This document shows, piece after piece, positions 1 through 10,206 of a stretch of 64,000 bases of DNA. The DNA is taken from contig JAFXJY010000045.1 of the NCBI GenBank assembly GCA_017531985.1, positions 11,730-75,729 on the forward strand, given 5' to 3'. This DNA comes from Bacteroidaceae bacterium (GTDB taxonomy: Bacteria; Bacteroidota; Bacteroidia; Bacteroidales; Barnesiellaceae_A). The position numbers and the translations under genes are program-made. The notes below the pieces were generated by a model. That model made no database searches. It was given only the letters and a program-made list of their open reading frames with translations, and was not told the origin of the DNA. How positions within the stretch are numbered: the stretch's first letter is position 1; every line of letters begins with the position of its first letter.

Positions 1-1
1 T

Positions 2-376
2 CATGATGTGACCGGGCTTGGCTGCCGGTACGGTTTTCTTGGGATTGCGACGAGCATAGATGCTCTGTGTAAAGGCCGAACTGAAAAAGGCATTGTTGGC
101 AGGAATGTCATTCCAGTTATCAAATACGCGGCATACTTTAACCTGCTTGTTGATGTGGACTGTGTGTGGTTCGCCCCACTCGGTGCGAATGATAGCACCA
201 TCGCGACATACAACGTACTTGTAGCGGATGGTAGTAAATTCGGGGCAATCTATTTCAGCTTGCCAATTGTCGGTATCGACATATTGGAGGGGTTGCACAC
301 GCTCCTCTCCATCGAATATTACTCCGAGGGATTCGCCCCAATATGTGTGATACTTAACGCTTAATATGAACGTCAT
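2..376 (-). CDS. MalQ-like 4-alpha-glucanotransferase, N-terminal CBM20-type starch-binding region (5' complete; 3' part runs off the window start)
   Basis: Absent from the ORF track because it has no in-window stop. Hand translation of the minus strand from ATG 376-374 gives an open 125-codon frame: MTFILSVKYHTYWGESLGVIFDGEERVQPLQYVDTDNWQAEIDCPEFTTIRYKYVVCRDGAIIRTEWGEPHTVHINKQVKVCRVFDNWNDIPANNAFFSSAFTQSIYARRNPKKTVPAAKPGHIM. The WGE...W...YKY...EWG pattern is CBM20-like and matches my memory of Bacteroidota GH77 N-termini. Family call is from memory, not alignment. Confidence 0.55.
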   Translation of the reverse strand, partial: MTFILSVKYHTYWGESLGVIFDGEERVQPLQYVDTDNWQAEIDCPEFTTIRYKYVVCRDGAIIRTEWGEPHTVHINKQVKVCRVFDNWNDIPANNAFFSSAFTQSIYARRNPKKTVPAAKPGHIM

Positions 377-391
377 CTTATGATATTTTTT

Positions 392-590
392 TAGGGAACT
401 TCTATGAATTCCACTGATTAATAATTCATTCGTTATCGGAAACATTCTTTTTGTTTGCTTTATGTTTTCTCTTGCTCTCTTTTTGCCCTGAACCCAATTA
501 ACTTAGCTTGCTATACTCATGGGTAGAATCAAGAATCTAATCTAAGAAAAACTCATAAATCATGACAAAGTTACTTATAGAAGCTCCCTT
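392..590 (+). repeat. MITE-like inverted-repeat element, copy A (full length, about 199 bp)
   Basis: Termini are TAGGGAACTTCTAT (392-405) and ATAGAAGCTCCCT (577-589), imperfectly inverted. A 45-nt module lies at 392-436. The reverse complement of 36017-36286 matches it at about 80 percent over the first 88 nt (hand count 71/88), and 51812-51856 matches the module at 42/45. Confidence 0.7.
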
Positions 591-718
591 CGGTTTGGTG
601 AGTAAAATTACACTTTTCATCCCAATCGTGTGCAAGTGGTTTCTTGTTTTTTATTGTTATGAAAATGAAAACGTTTGCATTTTCTGTTTTATAACATGTT
701 ATAGCCTCTTATGCGGGG

Positions 719-2830
719 TTATTGATTGACTAAGTATTTGTAAATACGACTGCCTGTTGTTGTGGTAACCTTAATGAAATATACGCCCTTTACAGCCCTA
801 TCGATTGTATATTGCATGGGTGTGAGGTGGGTTGTATCGGTTGTGCGGTGGGTTGCTATGAGCAGTCCGTTGCTGTTGTATATGTCGATTTGCAGAGGCT
901 TGCTGTCATGCGTGACAACGTTGAATATACCATTACCTATGGTGGGGTAGAGTGTGACATAGGGTTGTGACGAAGGGGTACTTATGTGAGCTTTTTCGAG
1001 TAGGTGGCACACTCCTTCGTAGGGTGCAATCTTGCCATATCCTGCCGATGCGGGGTCGGTGGTATATTGGTCTTGTCGGGCTGTGATTCGCAGCACCTCT
1101 TTGGCTTCTTCGGGTGTGAGTCGAGGTTGGGCTTGCAGCCATAGGGCGTATGTACCGGTCACAACGGGAGCTGCCATGGATGTTCCTGAGTTGACACCAT
1201 AGTGATAGGTGCTATCATTGATGACAAAGGTATCGACTGTCTGGTCGTAATAGTAATTCTGAGAGTCGCCTGCCAGAGCCTTGTTGAAAGCAGCGGTGAT
1301 AAGGCTTCCCGGGGCAGCCACGTCGGGTTTCATGCGTCCGTCGGGCGTAAGACCGCGGCTCGAGAATGGAGTGATGTCGCCCATTTCGTAGTAGACTTTA
1401 AAGGGGATACGACACTCTTTAAGTGTGTCGGTTGTATATGCAGCCACCGATGTGATGCGTTTGCCCGTTCCTCCGGTCTCGTTGAGTGTCATCTCGGTAT
1501 CACCTCCCAACCATCCTTCGAGACCTCGTGTGCTGAACTGCGTGCCGGGTGAGTTGACCCACATATTGACCTTGCCACTCTCGCCTTGCACTTTCAGAGC
1601 AAAATAGGCATTGCCAAGGTTCTTGACACCGCTTGTTGCTATAAAGGTGTTGTAGAGGTTGTTTCTGTGGTACTTCTGCGAAGCAGCCTCGACAATAACT
1701 TCGCGGTCAAAGTATTGTAGTGTGCTTTCGTACATGGTGTCGAGGGGCAACCATCCGGTGTGATCGAGCAGGGTGTCGGTGTAGCCATGATAGATGGCAA
1801 AGTCGATTTTGATAGGTTCATCACTCCATATATCGACCGCAGGCAGGCTGCTGCCTTGATGACGCATGCCGGCTATGAACTCAGCGGGTTGTGTGTCGAA
1901 GTCGTAACCTAAGTGGTAGTACTGTTGTCCCGAATTGCCCATAGCACCCACGATGAGCCGTCCTTCGCCTTGTAGCGAGTCGCATATGATGTCGAAAGCC
2001 GATGTACCATCGTGTGGACCGAATAACCCACCGATGCTGAGGTTGACAACGCAAGGCATGTCCATGAGAGCGGCATAATCGAAAATGAATTTGATACCAT
2101 CGATTATTCCTTCATCGTAAATACCACCTCTTTCATCATGAAGAGCCTCTACAAGGATGAGTGATGCTTGGCGAGCAACTCCTCCATAAGGAATGTCGCC
2201 AATGGCACTGCCTGCGGCTATTGAAGCAACGTGTGTCCCGTGTATCTCGGTGAGGCAATGAGGGGCTGAGTGTAATTCTTCTTGTGTATCGTATAGTGAA
2301 CCATAGTGGTACGAGGTGGGAGGCACTCCGGTAGTGTCATTTTGATTCCATGCGGCAAGAATGCGTGTCGAACCATCTTCATTTCTGAAAGCAATATGGT
2401 CCCATTGAAATCCTATATCGACAATGCCTACAATGACTCCTTTGCCCATATAGGCTTGTGTATAGGGTGTTTCTTGAATTTGGCAATAGCCTATATCGGG
2501 CAAGGCTTTATCGAGTAAGGGATAAGAAAGGTTTCCCGCATCGATATAGTCGATGGCCTGAATATCGCCCAGTCGCGGATATAGCGATGAAGGTACCAAT
2601 GCTGTAACATATTCGCCAATATGTGAGCCTGTGAGGATGCCATATTGTTCTAAATTATCGACATCATTTGCCCGCAGTGTGACAGGAATGTAGGATTGAT
2701 GGTTGCTTTTCACACGTCGTTGGTGAGTCTCAACGTCGTTGATGATAAACTGTGCCGAAGGTAAATATTTTGACTGTGCTGTTACCATGATACAGCAAGC
2801 CATTGCGAAGTATAGTAAGTAATTTTTCAT
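719..2830 (-). CDS. S8 family (subtilisin-like) serine peptidase with T9SS C-terminal sorting domain
   Basis: 703 aa. Signal peptide MKNYLLYFAMACCIMVTAQS. Catalytic triad motifs GIVDIGF (Asp), HGTHVASIAAG (His) and SGTSMAAPVVTG (Ser). The C-terminal tail ending GVYFIKVTTTTGSRIYKYLVNQ is T9SS CTD-like. Confidence 0.9.
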   Translation of the reverse strand: MKNYLLYFAMACCIMVTAQSKYLPSAQFIINDVETHQRRVKSNHQSYIPVTLRANDVDNLEQYGILTGSHIGEYVTALVPSSLYPRLGDIQAIDYIDAGNLSYPLLDKALPDIGYCQIQETPYTQAYMGKGVIVGIVDIGFQWDHIAFRNEDGSTRILAAWNQNDTTGVPPTSYHYGSLYDTQEELHSAPHCLTEIHGTHVASIAAGSAIGDIPYGGVARQASLILVEALHDERGGIYDEGIIDGIKFIFDYAALMDMPCVVNLSIGGLFGPHDGTSAFDIICDSLQGEGRLIVGAMGNSGQQYYHLGYDFDTQPAEFIAGMRHQGSSLPAVDIWSDEPIKIDFAIYHGYTDTLLDHTGWLPLDTMYESTLQYFDREVIVEAASQKYHRNNLYNTFIATSGVKNLGNAYFALKVQGESGKVNMWVNSPGTQFSTRGLEGWLGGDTEMTLNETGGTGKRITSVAAYTTDTLKECRIPFKVYYEMGDITPFSSRGLTPDGRMKPDVAAPGSLITAAFNKALAGDSQNYYYDQTVDTFVINDSTYHYGVNSGTSMAAPVVTGTYALWLQAQPRLTPEEAKEVLRITARQDQYTTDPASAGYGKIAPYEGVCHLLEKAHISTPSSQPYVTLYPTIGNGIFNVVTHDSKPLQIDIYNSNGLLIATHRTTDTTHLTPMQYTIDRAVKGVYFIKVTTTTGSRIYKYLVNQ

Positions 2831-2837
2831 ATGTTGG

Positions 2838-5627
2838 TTATGAATGATTGAGTTTTTCTCTTAAATATTTAGCTGTGTAAGAGCGAGTGTTGGCAGCCAC
2901 CTCCTCGGGAGTGCCGCAACATACCACTTCGCCACCGGCGTCACCGCCTTCAAGCCCCATGTCGATGACATGGTCGGCACATTTGATGACATCGATGTTG
3001 TGTTCGATAATGATAACTGTGTGACCACGTTCAACCAGTGCATTGAGCGATTTCATCAGTGTGTTGATGTCATGAAAGTGCAATCCTGTTGTAGGTTCGT
3101 CAAAGATGAATATGGTAGGTTCTTGTCGTTCATTACTGAGGAAATAAGCCAATTTGACTCGTTGATTTTCACCACCCGACAGGGTCGATGATGATTGCCC
3201 CATCTTGATGTAACCTAATCCCACATCTTGAAGTGGTTTGAGGCGTTTTATGATGCGTTTCTCGGTTACGTTGTTGCTTTGCTCAAAAAACTCAATGGCT
3301 TGATTGATAGTCATATCTAATATGTCATTGATGCTTTTGTCCCGATAGGTAATATCCAATACCTCTTGTTTGAAACGCTTTCCTTTGCAATGTTCACATT
3401 CAAGTGTGATATCGGCCATGAATTGCATCGATACGGTGATAGTACCTTCGCCTTTACAGTTCTCACATCGTCCCCCCTCGGCATTGAATGAAAAATAAGA
3501 GGCGTTAAATCCCATCTGCTTGGCAGCTTGTTGTTCAGAGTAGAGGCGACGTATCTCGTCGAAGGCTTTTAGGTAGGTGGCAGCGTTGGAGCGTGAGGAG
3601 CGTCCAATGGGATTTTGGTCGACATATTCTATACCTTTTACAAGGTTCATGTCACCAGTCAATCGAGCATGTGTGCCGGGCGATTCGCTGCTCTCGCCGT
3701 AGTGGCGTAGTAAGGCACGATATAAAATAGTGTTGACAAGTGTCGATTTTCCCGAGCCACTCACACCGCTTACAACGGTCATTACACGCAAGGGAAAGAC
3801 GGCATCAATGTTTTTCAGATTGTTCTCGGCAGCACCTTCTACTTTGATGTAGTTATTCCAGGGGCGACGTTGTGTCGGTACAGCAATACTCATCTCCCCC
3901 GTTAGGTAACGAAGTGTGTAACTTCGGGTGTCGGAGTGAATGGGGTTGAGTGTTCCCTGATAGACGATTTCTCCGCCTAATCGTCCTGCCAACGGACCTA
4001 TGTCAATGATGTAATCGGCAGCTCTTATTATCTCTTCATCGTGTTCGACAACTACTACCGTGTTGCCCAGCTGTTGTAATTGGCGTAACACTTTTATAAG
4101 CATTCCGGTGTCTCTCGAATGGAGGCCTATACTCGGTTCGTCGAGTATGTACAATGATCCTACCAGGCTGCTACCCAGTGATGTGGCGAGGTTGATGCGT
4201 TGGCTCTCTCCACCCGACAGCGTGGATGATAGGCGGTCGAGTGTAAGATATCCCAAGCCTACATCCATGAGGAATTGCAGACGGTTGCGTATTTCGGTGA
4301 GTAATCGGGAGGCTATCTGAGCATCAGTCTCATTGAGTTGTATATCGGCGAAAAATTGATGTAGCTGCTTGATGGACATACGCACCAATTGTGTAATGTT
4401 GTGTCCACACACCTGTACATAAGAGGCCGAAGGTCTCAATCGTGATCCTCGGCATGCGGGACAAGAGGTCTTGCCACGGTAACGCGATAGCATCACGCGG
4501 TATTGTATTTTGTATTGGTTCTCTTGCAGCATCTTGAAGAAATCATTGATGCCATATACACCTTCGCTACCTTCCCACAAGATACGTTTTTCTTCATCGG
4601 TCAGCTGATAGTAGGGACGATGAATGGGAAATTGTGTCTGTTCAGAGGCAGCGATAAAAGCTCGTTTCCATTCACTCATCTTCTCTCCACGCCAACACAT
4701 AACTGCATCCTCGTAGACCGAAAGGGTCTTGTTGGGGATAACCAGATTCTCGTCTATACCTATCACGCGTCCAAAACCCTCGCATTGTGGGCAAGCTCCT
4801 GCCGGACTGTTGAAGTTGAACATCAGGTCGCTTGGTGGGTCAAACTGCATGCCGTCGGCTTCGAAACGTTTGCTGAAATGTAACTCCTCAGTTGAGCCGT
4901 TGATGTAGAATTGTAAAGTACATTCGTCTCCCCCTTCAAAGAATGCCGTTTCGGTCGAGTCGGTCAGTCGGCTGATGGTGGCAGCATCATCAGCTGCCGT
5001 CATGCGGTCAATCAGTAGACGGGCTGCACTGAGGTCGTAATCATCGGGTTTTGATAGAATATCTTCTATCATGATGAATGTTCCGTCGATCTCAACTCGC
5101 GAAAATCCCTCTTTGAGTAGTATGCCCAAATGTTCCTCGCACGATCGCCCGGTGGGTATATTTAATCGTGTCAATAGTGCAAATCGGGTGCCGGTGGGGT
5201 AAGAGAGCATGCTGTTGATAACGTCCTTTACATCATGTTTGCGAACTTCTCTCCCCGAGATGGGCGATATGGTGTGTCCTATGCGAGCAAAGAGCATGCG
5301 TAGGTAGTCGTATATTTCGGTTGAAGTTCCCACGGTCGAGCGTGGATTGCGGGTATTCACTTTCTGTTCGATGGCTATGGCAGGAGGAATACCTTTGATG
5401 TAGTCGCACTCGGGTTTATTCATGCGACCTAAGAATTGACGTGCATAGGCCGATAAACTCTCTACATATCTACGTTGTCCCTCGGCGTAGAGGGTATCGA
5501 AGGCCAAAGATGACTTACCTGAACCTGATAATCCTGTTATTACCGTAAAAGTATTTCGCGGTATCTCTACATCAATGTTTTTAAGGTTATTAACCCTTAC
5601 CCCTTTTAGTTTTATAGTATTCGGCAT
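2838..5627 (-). CDS. uvrA: excinuclease ABC subunit A
   Basis: 929 aa. Two ABC modules with Walker [10 protein letters not shown] and [14 protein letters not shown] signature twice, CxxC zinc-finger pairs, and the N-terminus [23 protein letters not shown]. Confidence 0.95.
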   Translation of the reverse strand: MPNTIKLKGVRVNNLKNIDVEIPRNTFTVITGLSGSGKSSLAFDTLYAEGQRRYVESLSAYARQFLGRMNKPECDYIKGIPPAIAIEQKVNTRNPRSTVGTSTEIYDYLRMLFARIGHTISPISGREVRKHDVKDVINSMLSYPTGTRFALLTRLNIPTGRSCEEHLGILLKEGFSRVEIDGTFIMIEDILSKPDDYDLSAARLLIDRMTAADDAATISRLTDSTETAFFEGGDECTLQFYINGSTEELHFSKRFEADGMQFDPPSDLMFNFNSPAGACPQCEGFGRVIGIDENLVIPNKTLSVYEDAVMCWRGEKMSEWKRAFIAASEQTQFPIHRPYYQLTDEEKRILWEGSEGVYGINDFFKMLQENQYKIQYRVMLSRYRGKTSCPACRGSRLRPSASYVQVCGHNITQLVRMSIKQLHQFFADIQLNETDAQIASRLLTEIRNRLQFLMDVGLGYLTLDRLSSTLSGGESQRINLATSLGSSLVGSLYILDEPSIGLHSRDTGMLIKVLRQLQQLGNTVVVVEHDEEIIRAADYIIDIGPLAGRLGGEIVYQGTLNPIHSDTRSYTLRYLTGEMSIAVPTQRRPWNNYIKVEGAAENNLKNIDAVFPLRVMTVVSGVSGSGKSTLVNTILYRALLRHYGESSESPGTHARLTGDMNLVKGIEYVDQNPIGRSSRSNAATYLKAFDEIRRLYSEQQAAKQMGFNASYFSFNAEGGRCENCKGEGTITVSMQFMADITLECEHCKGKRFKQEVLDITYRDKSINDILDMTINQAIEFFEQSNNVTEKRIIKRLKPLQDVGLGYIKMGQSSSTLSGGENQRVKLAYFLSNERQEPTIFIFDEPTTGLHFHDINTLMKSLNALVERGHTVIIIEHNIDVIKCADHVIDMGLEGGDAGGEVVCCGTPEEVAANTRSYTAKYLREKLNHS

Positions 5628-5756
5628 CTTTTCGACAGTGTTGTTTCAACTTACAAACTTACATTATTTATTTCAATTTACAATACTATGATGCTTATAA
5701 TCTTACAGCTTTTAATTTCTTTAAGTCACATTGGTTGCATAAACAACTATTTAGGG

Positions 5757-5793
5757 GCAAAAAGAAAAGAGTCGCTACGCATGGTAACGGCTC
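5757..5793 (-). terminator. intrinsic terminator of the 66-aa lipoprotein gene
   Basis: Stem 5769-5774 pairs with 5788-5793, with an inner 3-bp extension. On the minus strand it is followed by TCTTTTCTTTTTG. It lies 27 nt past the stop codon. Confidence 0.5.
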
Positions 5794-5819
5794 AACTTCC
5801 TTCGTTGTGCTGAGAAAAA

Positions 5820-6020
5820 TTATTCAGCAACTACTTCTGCGTTTGCACAAGAGTCGCAAGCAACAGTAGCACAAGAGTCACACTCGTGAGTGCAAGAATC
5901 GCAAGCAACTACTTCTTCTACAACTGCTTCTTCAACTTCAGTAGTCTCAGCAGGTTTGTTATTGCAAGCTGCGAAAGATACGGCAGCAGCAACAGCAAAG
6001 AATAATACTAACTTTTTCAT
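5820..6020 (-). CDS. small acidic Cys-rich lipoprotein (three CDSC motifs), function unknown
   Basis: 66 aa. Signal peptide with lipobox-like SFAAC. The mature part is NNKPAETTEVEEAVVEEVVA-CDSC-THE-CDSC-ATVA-CDSC-ANAEVVAE. It has its own promoter and terminator. Codons are A/T-ending, as in highly expressed genes. Confidence 0.7.
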   Translation of the reverse strand: MKKLVLFFAVAAAVSFAACNNKPAETTEVEEAVVEEVVACDSCTHECDSCATVACDSCANAEVVAE

Positions 6021-6073
6021 TTTTTTTCCTTAAATTAAAGATAAAACAATAACTTGTAGTTTCAAAAACGGTG

Positions 6074-6106
6074 CAAAATTAGATATAATTTTTGAATATG
6101 TTGCAA
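6074..6106 (-). promoter_or_regulatory. Bacteroidota-type promoter (TTGC-N21-TAATTTTG) for the small lipoprotein gene
   Basis: The minus strand reads aaccTTGCaacatattcaaaaattatatcTAATTTTGcacc. The -7 box is 6081-6074 and the -33 box is 6106-6103. The ATG follows 53 nt later. Confidence 0.5.
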
Positions 6107-6158
6107 GGTTTTATATTTTTTTTAGAGATGTAACTACAATTTTTTTCGTTTTTGTCTT

Positions 6159-7820
6159 TTAATTGGCATATAAATAGCGTTTGATACTGCGTTTGGGTGT
6201 CTTTTCAAACTCGTTGGCGTGCAGTTGTATCTTGGCTATTTGTTCATAAGGAGCTACTATTTTATTTACCTCTTTGCGATTTTGCTCCATGATTTGGGGC
6301 AGTTCATCGCTGCTTATGCCATCGGCATCCATGGTCTCAAAATCGGGAAAGACCAGTGCTGTGAGTCGTCCGTCGCGTTCTACGACAAGACTTTCCATAA
6401 CGTACGGCATGTTATTGATTTTTGCTTCTATCTCTTCGGGGTAGATGTTTTGTCCGTTGGCTCCCAGCAACATAGTCTTGCAACGTCCTTTGATAAATAT
6501 TGTTCCATCGGGCGAGATTGTTCCCAAGTCACCAGTATGTAACCAACCATCGGCATCGATTACTGCATTGGTAGCTTCTTCGTTCTTGTAGTAACCTTGC
6601 ATCACATGTTCGCCTCGAACGCATATTTCGCCCACTTCGCTGTTGGGATCGGTCTTTTCTATCTTGGTCTCGACATAGCCAAAGAGTGTACGACCCGATG
6701 ATGAGCCTTGAAACTCGCGGTAGGGTGTGTAGCTGATAAGGGGGGCACACTCGGTCATGCCGTATCCTACGGTAAAGGGGAATTTAATTTTTCGTAAGAA
6801 TGACTCAACTTCGCCATTGAGCGGTGCTCCACCGACAATGACTTCCTCAAACTCGCCACCGAAGGCGTCGACGAGCTTTTTGCGTATTTGTCCGTATATT
6901 TGGTCGTTGATGACTGGTATATTCAGTGCAAAACGCATGGCTCCTTTGCTGATGAGGGGTTGTATCTGTTTGCGATATACTTTTTCAAGGATGAGGGGTA
7001 CGCAAATGATAAGGTTGGGCTTTACCTCGGCAAGGGCTTTGAGCAAAATCTTAGGTGAGGGTGTACGTCCCAATAGCGTGATGTGCGAGCCTGTGGCTAA
7101 TGGTGTGAGAAAATCGAATGCACAACCATAAGCGTGGGCAAGTGGCAAGAATGAGAGGCAACGACTGCCGGGATAGTGCAAGTGTGACCGGATACCGAAT
7201 GTCACGTTGCCGGCAAGGTTGTTGCCGGTGAGCATCACTCCCTTGCTAAATCCGGTTGTTCCCGATGTGTAGTTGATGATGGCCAACTCATCATTACCAT
7301 TATCGGCATATACAACATCGTCGGGGGTAAAGCCGTTGGGATAACGTTCGGCAAATCGTTTGTTGAGTGTCGACATGATTTCTTCGATGTTTTCATCATC
7401 TTGTTGTGACAATACTGCGAAGTTATCAATGGAGATGGTAGCTCGGATGTTGGGCAGACGCTCGGGTTCAAGATGTTCCCAAAGAGCATTGCTTGCAAAA
7501 AACAACTTGGCATCAGAGTGATTGATAATATGATGCATGTCGTGGGGATTAAATTCCTGCAAGATGGGTACAAGGATGGCTCCATAGGTAACAACTGCCA
7601 TAAATACGGTACACCATTGCGGTGTGTTTTTACCCACAAGGGCTACTTTGTCGCCTTTGCCTATGCCACATTCCTTCATGAGGATGTGCAGCTTGGCTAT
7701 CTCCTCGGAGAGTTCTTTATATGTAAGTGTGTGTTTGCTACTATAATCGGTTAATGCAGGTTGTTCCCAATTTTTACGGAAACTATCTTGATAAATCTGT
7801 ATAAAACGTTGTTCTATCAT
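6159..7820 (-). CDS. long-chain fatty acid--CoA ligase (AMP-binding family)
   Basis: 553 aa. AMP-binding motifs YTSGTTGFSKGVMLT and VGYGMTE, plus a C-terminal GDLG...DG...I.GR.K region. Confidence 0.85.
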   Translation of the reverse strand: MIEQRFIQIYQDSFRKNWEQPALTDYSSKHTLTYKELSEEIAKLHILMKECGIGKGDKVALVGKNTPQWCTVFMAVVTYGAILVPILQEFNPHDMHHIINHSDAKLFFASNALWEHLEPERLPNIRATISIDNFAVLSQQDDENIEEIMSTLNKRFAERYPNGFTPDDVVYADNGNDELAIINYTSGTTGFSKGVMLTGNNLAGNVTFGIRSHLHYPGSRCLSFLPLAHAYGCAFDFLTPLATGSHITLLGRTPSPKILLKALAEVKPNLIICVPLILEKVYRKQIQPLISKGAMRFALNIPVINDQIYGQIRKKLVDAFGGEFEEVIVGGAPLNGEVESFLRKIKFPFTVGYGMTECAPLISYTPYREFQGSSSGRTLFGYVETKIEKTDPNSEVGEICVRGEHVMQGYYKNEEATNAVIDADGWLHTGDLGTISPDGTIFIKGRCKTMLLGANGQNIYPEEIEAKINNMPYVMESLVVERDGRLTALVFPDFETMDADGISSDELPQIMEQNRKEVNKIVAPYEQIAKIQLHANEFEKTPKRSIKRYLYAN

Positions 7821-7977
7821 ACTATTATAACGTTCAGATGAGTGTTGTTTGTTGTAAATTAGTGAACAAAAGTATATGTTTATTTTGTTATGAAAGGTTT
7901 ATTATCACAACAAATTGGCAATTATGTATAGTTTTTGGCACAAAATGCCTAACTTTGGGCAAAATTTCATGTAGCAG

Positions 7978-9294
7978 ATGATAGATAATACTATATTCCA
8001 AGATAAGACCGCTGTTTTTTATACACTTGGTTGTAAATTGAATTTTGCCGAGACTTCGACATTGGGTCAATTATTGGCTTCGCAGGGCATCCGTAAGGCT
8101 CGTCCGGGTGAACAAGCTCACCTGTGTGTGATTAATACTTGTTCGGTAACTGAACTGGCCGACAAGAAGTGTCGGCAGGCTATTCGTCGCATAGCTCGTA
8201 AGCACCCCGGTGCTTTTATGGTGGTGACGGGCTGTTACGCTCAGTTGAAGCCCGAAGATATTGTCGATATGCCGGAGGTTGACCTTGTGTTGGGGGCTGA
8301 GCAGAAGTTGGATATACTTCGTTACTTGCCGTCACTCGATAAGCCTCAGCAGGGGAGTATGGTGGTAACACCTCACAAGGATATTCGGCTGTTCAGTCCG
8401 TCGTGTTCTCGTGGCGATCGCACCCGCTACTTCTTGAAGGTGCAAGATGGTTGTGACTATTATTGCACCTATTGTACTATTCCGCTGGCTCGTGGACGCA
8501 GTCGTAGTGGTACGGTGGCTCAAATGGTTGAACAGGCTCGTGAAGTGGCTGCTGCCGGAGGAAAGGAGATTGTTATTACCGGTGTCAATATCGGCGACTT
8601 TGGCAAACGTACGAATGAGAACTTTTATGACCTTATTAAGGCTCTTGATGAGGTGGATGGCATTGAGCGTTATCGCATATCGTCTATCGAACCCGACTTG
8701 TTGACCGATGAGATAATTGATTTTGTGGCTTGCTCACAACGTTTTTGTCATCATTTTCACATCCCCTTGCAGTCGGGTAGTGATGCGGTATTGCAGCTGA
8801 TGCGTCGCCATTATGATACGGCTCTCTTTGCTCATAAAGTGCATAAAATCAAGGAGGTTATGCCCGATGCATTTATAGGTGTTGATCTTATTGCCGGTAT
8901 GCGAGGTGAGACTGAGGAACGCTTTGAAGAGAGTCTTCAGTTTATCTCTTCGCTCGATGTGTCGCAATTGCATGTGTTTACTTACTCTGAGCGTCCCAAT
9001 ACTCGTGCTTTGGGTATAGAACCGGTAGTCGATATGCACGAACGCCATGTACGTTGCAATAAATTGATAGATGTTTCTGATGCCAAGTTGCATGACTTCT
9101 ATTGCCGGTATATAGGGAGTGAACGCAAGGTGTTGTTTGAGCAGCCTTCAAAGGGTGCCCCTATGCACGGGTTTACCGACAATTATGTGCGTGTGGAGAT
9201 GCCGTATAATCGCGAGTTGATTAATCAGGTCGTGACGGTGCGGCTGGGCGAGATGAATGAGAATGGCGATGCTCTCATAGCTTATAATATATAA
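7978..9294 (+). CDS. mtaB: tRNA (t6A37) methylthiotransferase MtaB (radical SAM)
   Basis: 438 aa. The N-terminus FYTLGCKLNFAE and NTCSVT are typical of MtaB. Radical-SAM motif CDYYCTYCTIP (CxxxCxxC). Confidence 0.85.
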   Translation: MIDNTIFQDKTAVFYTLGCKLNFAETSTLGQLLASQGIRKARPGEQAHLCVINTCSVTELADKKCRQAIRRIARKHPGAFMVVTGCYAQLKPEDIVDMPEVDLVLGAEQKLDILRYLPSLDKPQQGSMVVTPHKDIRLFSPSCSRGDRTRYFLKVQDGCDYYCTYCTIPLARGRSRSGTVAQMVEQAREVAAAGGKEIVITGVNIGDFGKRTNENFYDLIKALDEVDGIERYRISSIEPDLLTDEIIDFVACSQRFCHHFHIPLQSGSDAVLQLMRRHYDTALFAHKVHKIKEVMPDAFIGVDLIAGMRGETEERFEESLQFISSLDVSQLHVFTYSERPNTRALGIEPVVDMHERHVRCNKLIDVSDAKLHDFYCRYIGSERKVLFEQPSKGAPMHGFTDNYVRVEMPYNRELINQVVTVRLGEMNENGDALIAYNI

Positions 9295-9295
9295 T

Positions 9296-10201
9296 GTGAT
9301 GAATCGACGTTTTCAAGACATATTGTATGCTCCGCTATTTGCTCTGTTTTGGGTGTTGGCATGGATGCCATTATCGGTTCTATATGCCATAGCTCATTTC
9401 TTATACTTTATAGTATATTATGTGATACGTTATCGACGTAAGGTCGTGCATGATAATCTTGCCCGAGTCTTTCACGATAAGAGTCAAGCTGAGCGTGATA
9501 AGATGGAGAGAGACTTTTATCATCATTTTGTCAACTATGTGGTGGAGACTATCAAGTTGCTGCACATCAGTGATGAAGAGATGCGGCAACGCATGGAGTT
9601 TGTCGATGCCCATGTAGTCGATTGTTATACGACACAAGGTCGTTCAGTCATGCTCTTGCTGGGACACTATGGTAACTGGGAGTGGATACCATCACTGACC
9701 ATGTGGTGTCAGCAACCCGAGAATATCCACCTCGGACAGATATACCGCCCTTTACGCAATGAGTGGTTCGACCGTCTATTCTTACAATTGCGAGGACGAT
9801 TTGGCACAACTTGTATTGCCAAGAATAATTCTCTCCGCACGTTGTTGCAATACAAGCGTATGGGCGATGTTTCACTTACCGGATTTATGGCCGACCAGAC
9901 TCCCACCGGTAACAGTATTCATCATTGGACAACTTTTATGGGACAGCCTACACCGGTGTTGACCGGTTTTGAAACGATTGCCAAGAAACTGGACATGGCG
10001 GTTGTATATGTTGATGTCGAGTTAGTGCGTCGCGGTTACTATCGAGCCACTTTCCGCTTGCTCGAAGATAACCCTGCTGCCTGTCCTGAATATGATATAA
10101 CCAATCGTTATGTTGCAGCCATGGAGCGAACCATCAGACGTGCCCCACATGCTTGGCTGTGGACTCACAAACGTTGGAAACATTTACCTTCTCAATCGTA
10201 A
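9296..10201 (+). CDS. LpxL/HtrB-family lipid A (lysophospholipid) acyltransferase
   Basis: 301 aa. N-terminal TM segment and the HYGNWEW (HX4E) acyltransferase motif. It starts 2 nt after the mtaB stop. Confidence 0.75.
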   Translation: MMNRRFQDILYAPLFALFWVLAWMPLSVLYAIAHFLYFIVYYVIRYRRKVVHDNLARVFHDKSQAERDKMERDFYHHFVNYVVETIKLLHISDEEMRQRMEFVDAHVVDCYTTQGRSVMLLLGHYGNWEWIPSLTMWCQQPENIHLGQIYRPLRNEWFDRLFLQLRGRFGTTCIAKNNSLRTLLQYKRMGDVSLTGFMADQTPTGNSIHHWTTFMGQPTPVLTGFETIAKKLDMAVVYVDVELVRRGYYRATFRLLEDNPAACPEYDITNRYVAAMERTIRRAPHAWLWTHKRWKHLPSQS

Positions 10202-10206
10202 TCATC

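Noticed and set aside
1-364. Track ORFs 8..364 (+, 118 aa) and 1..213 (-, 70 aa)
   Set aside because: Both overlap the open minus-strand frame that encodes a recognisable CBM20/MalQ-like N-terminus. Their sequences have no recognisable motifs, so I treat them as shadow ORFs.
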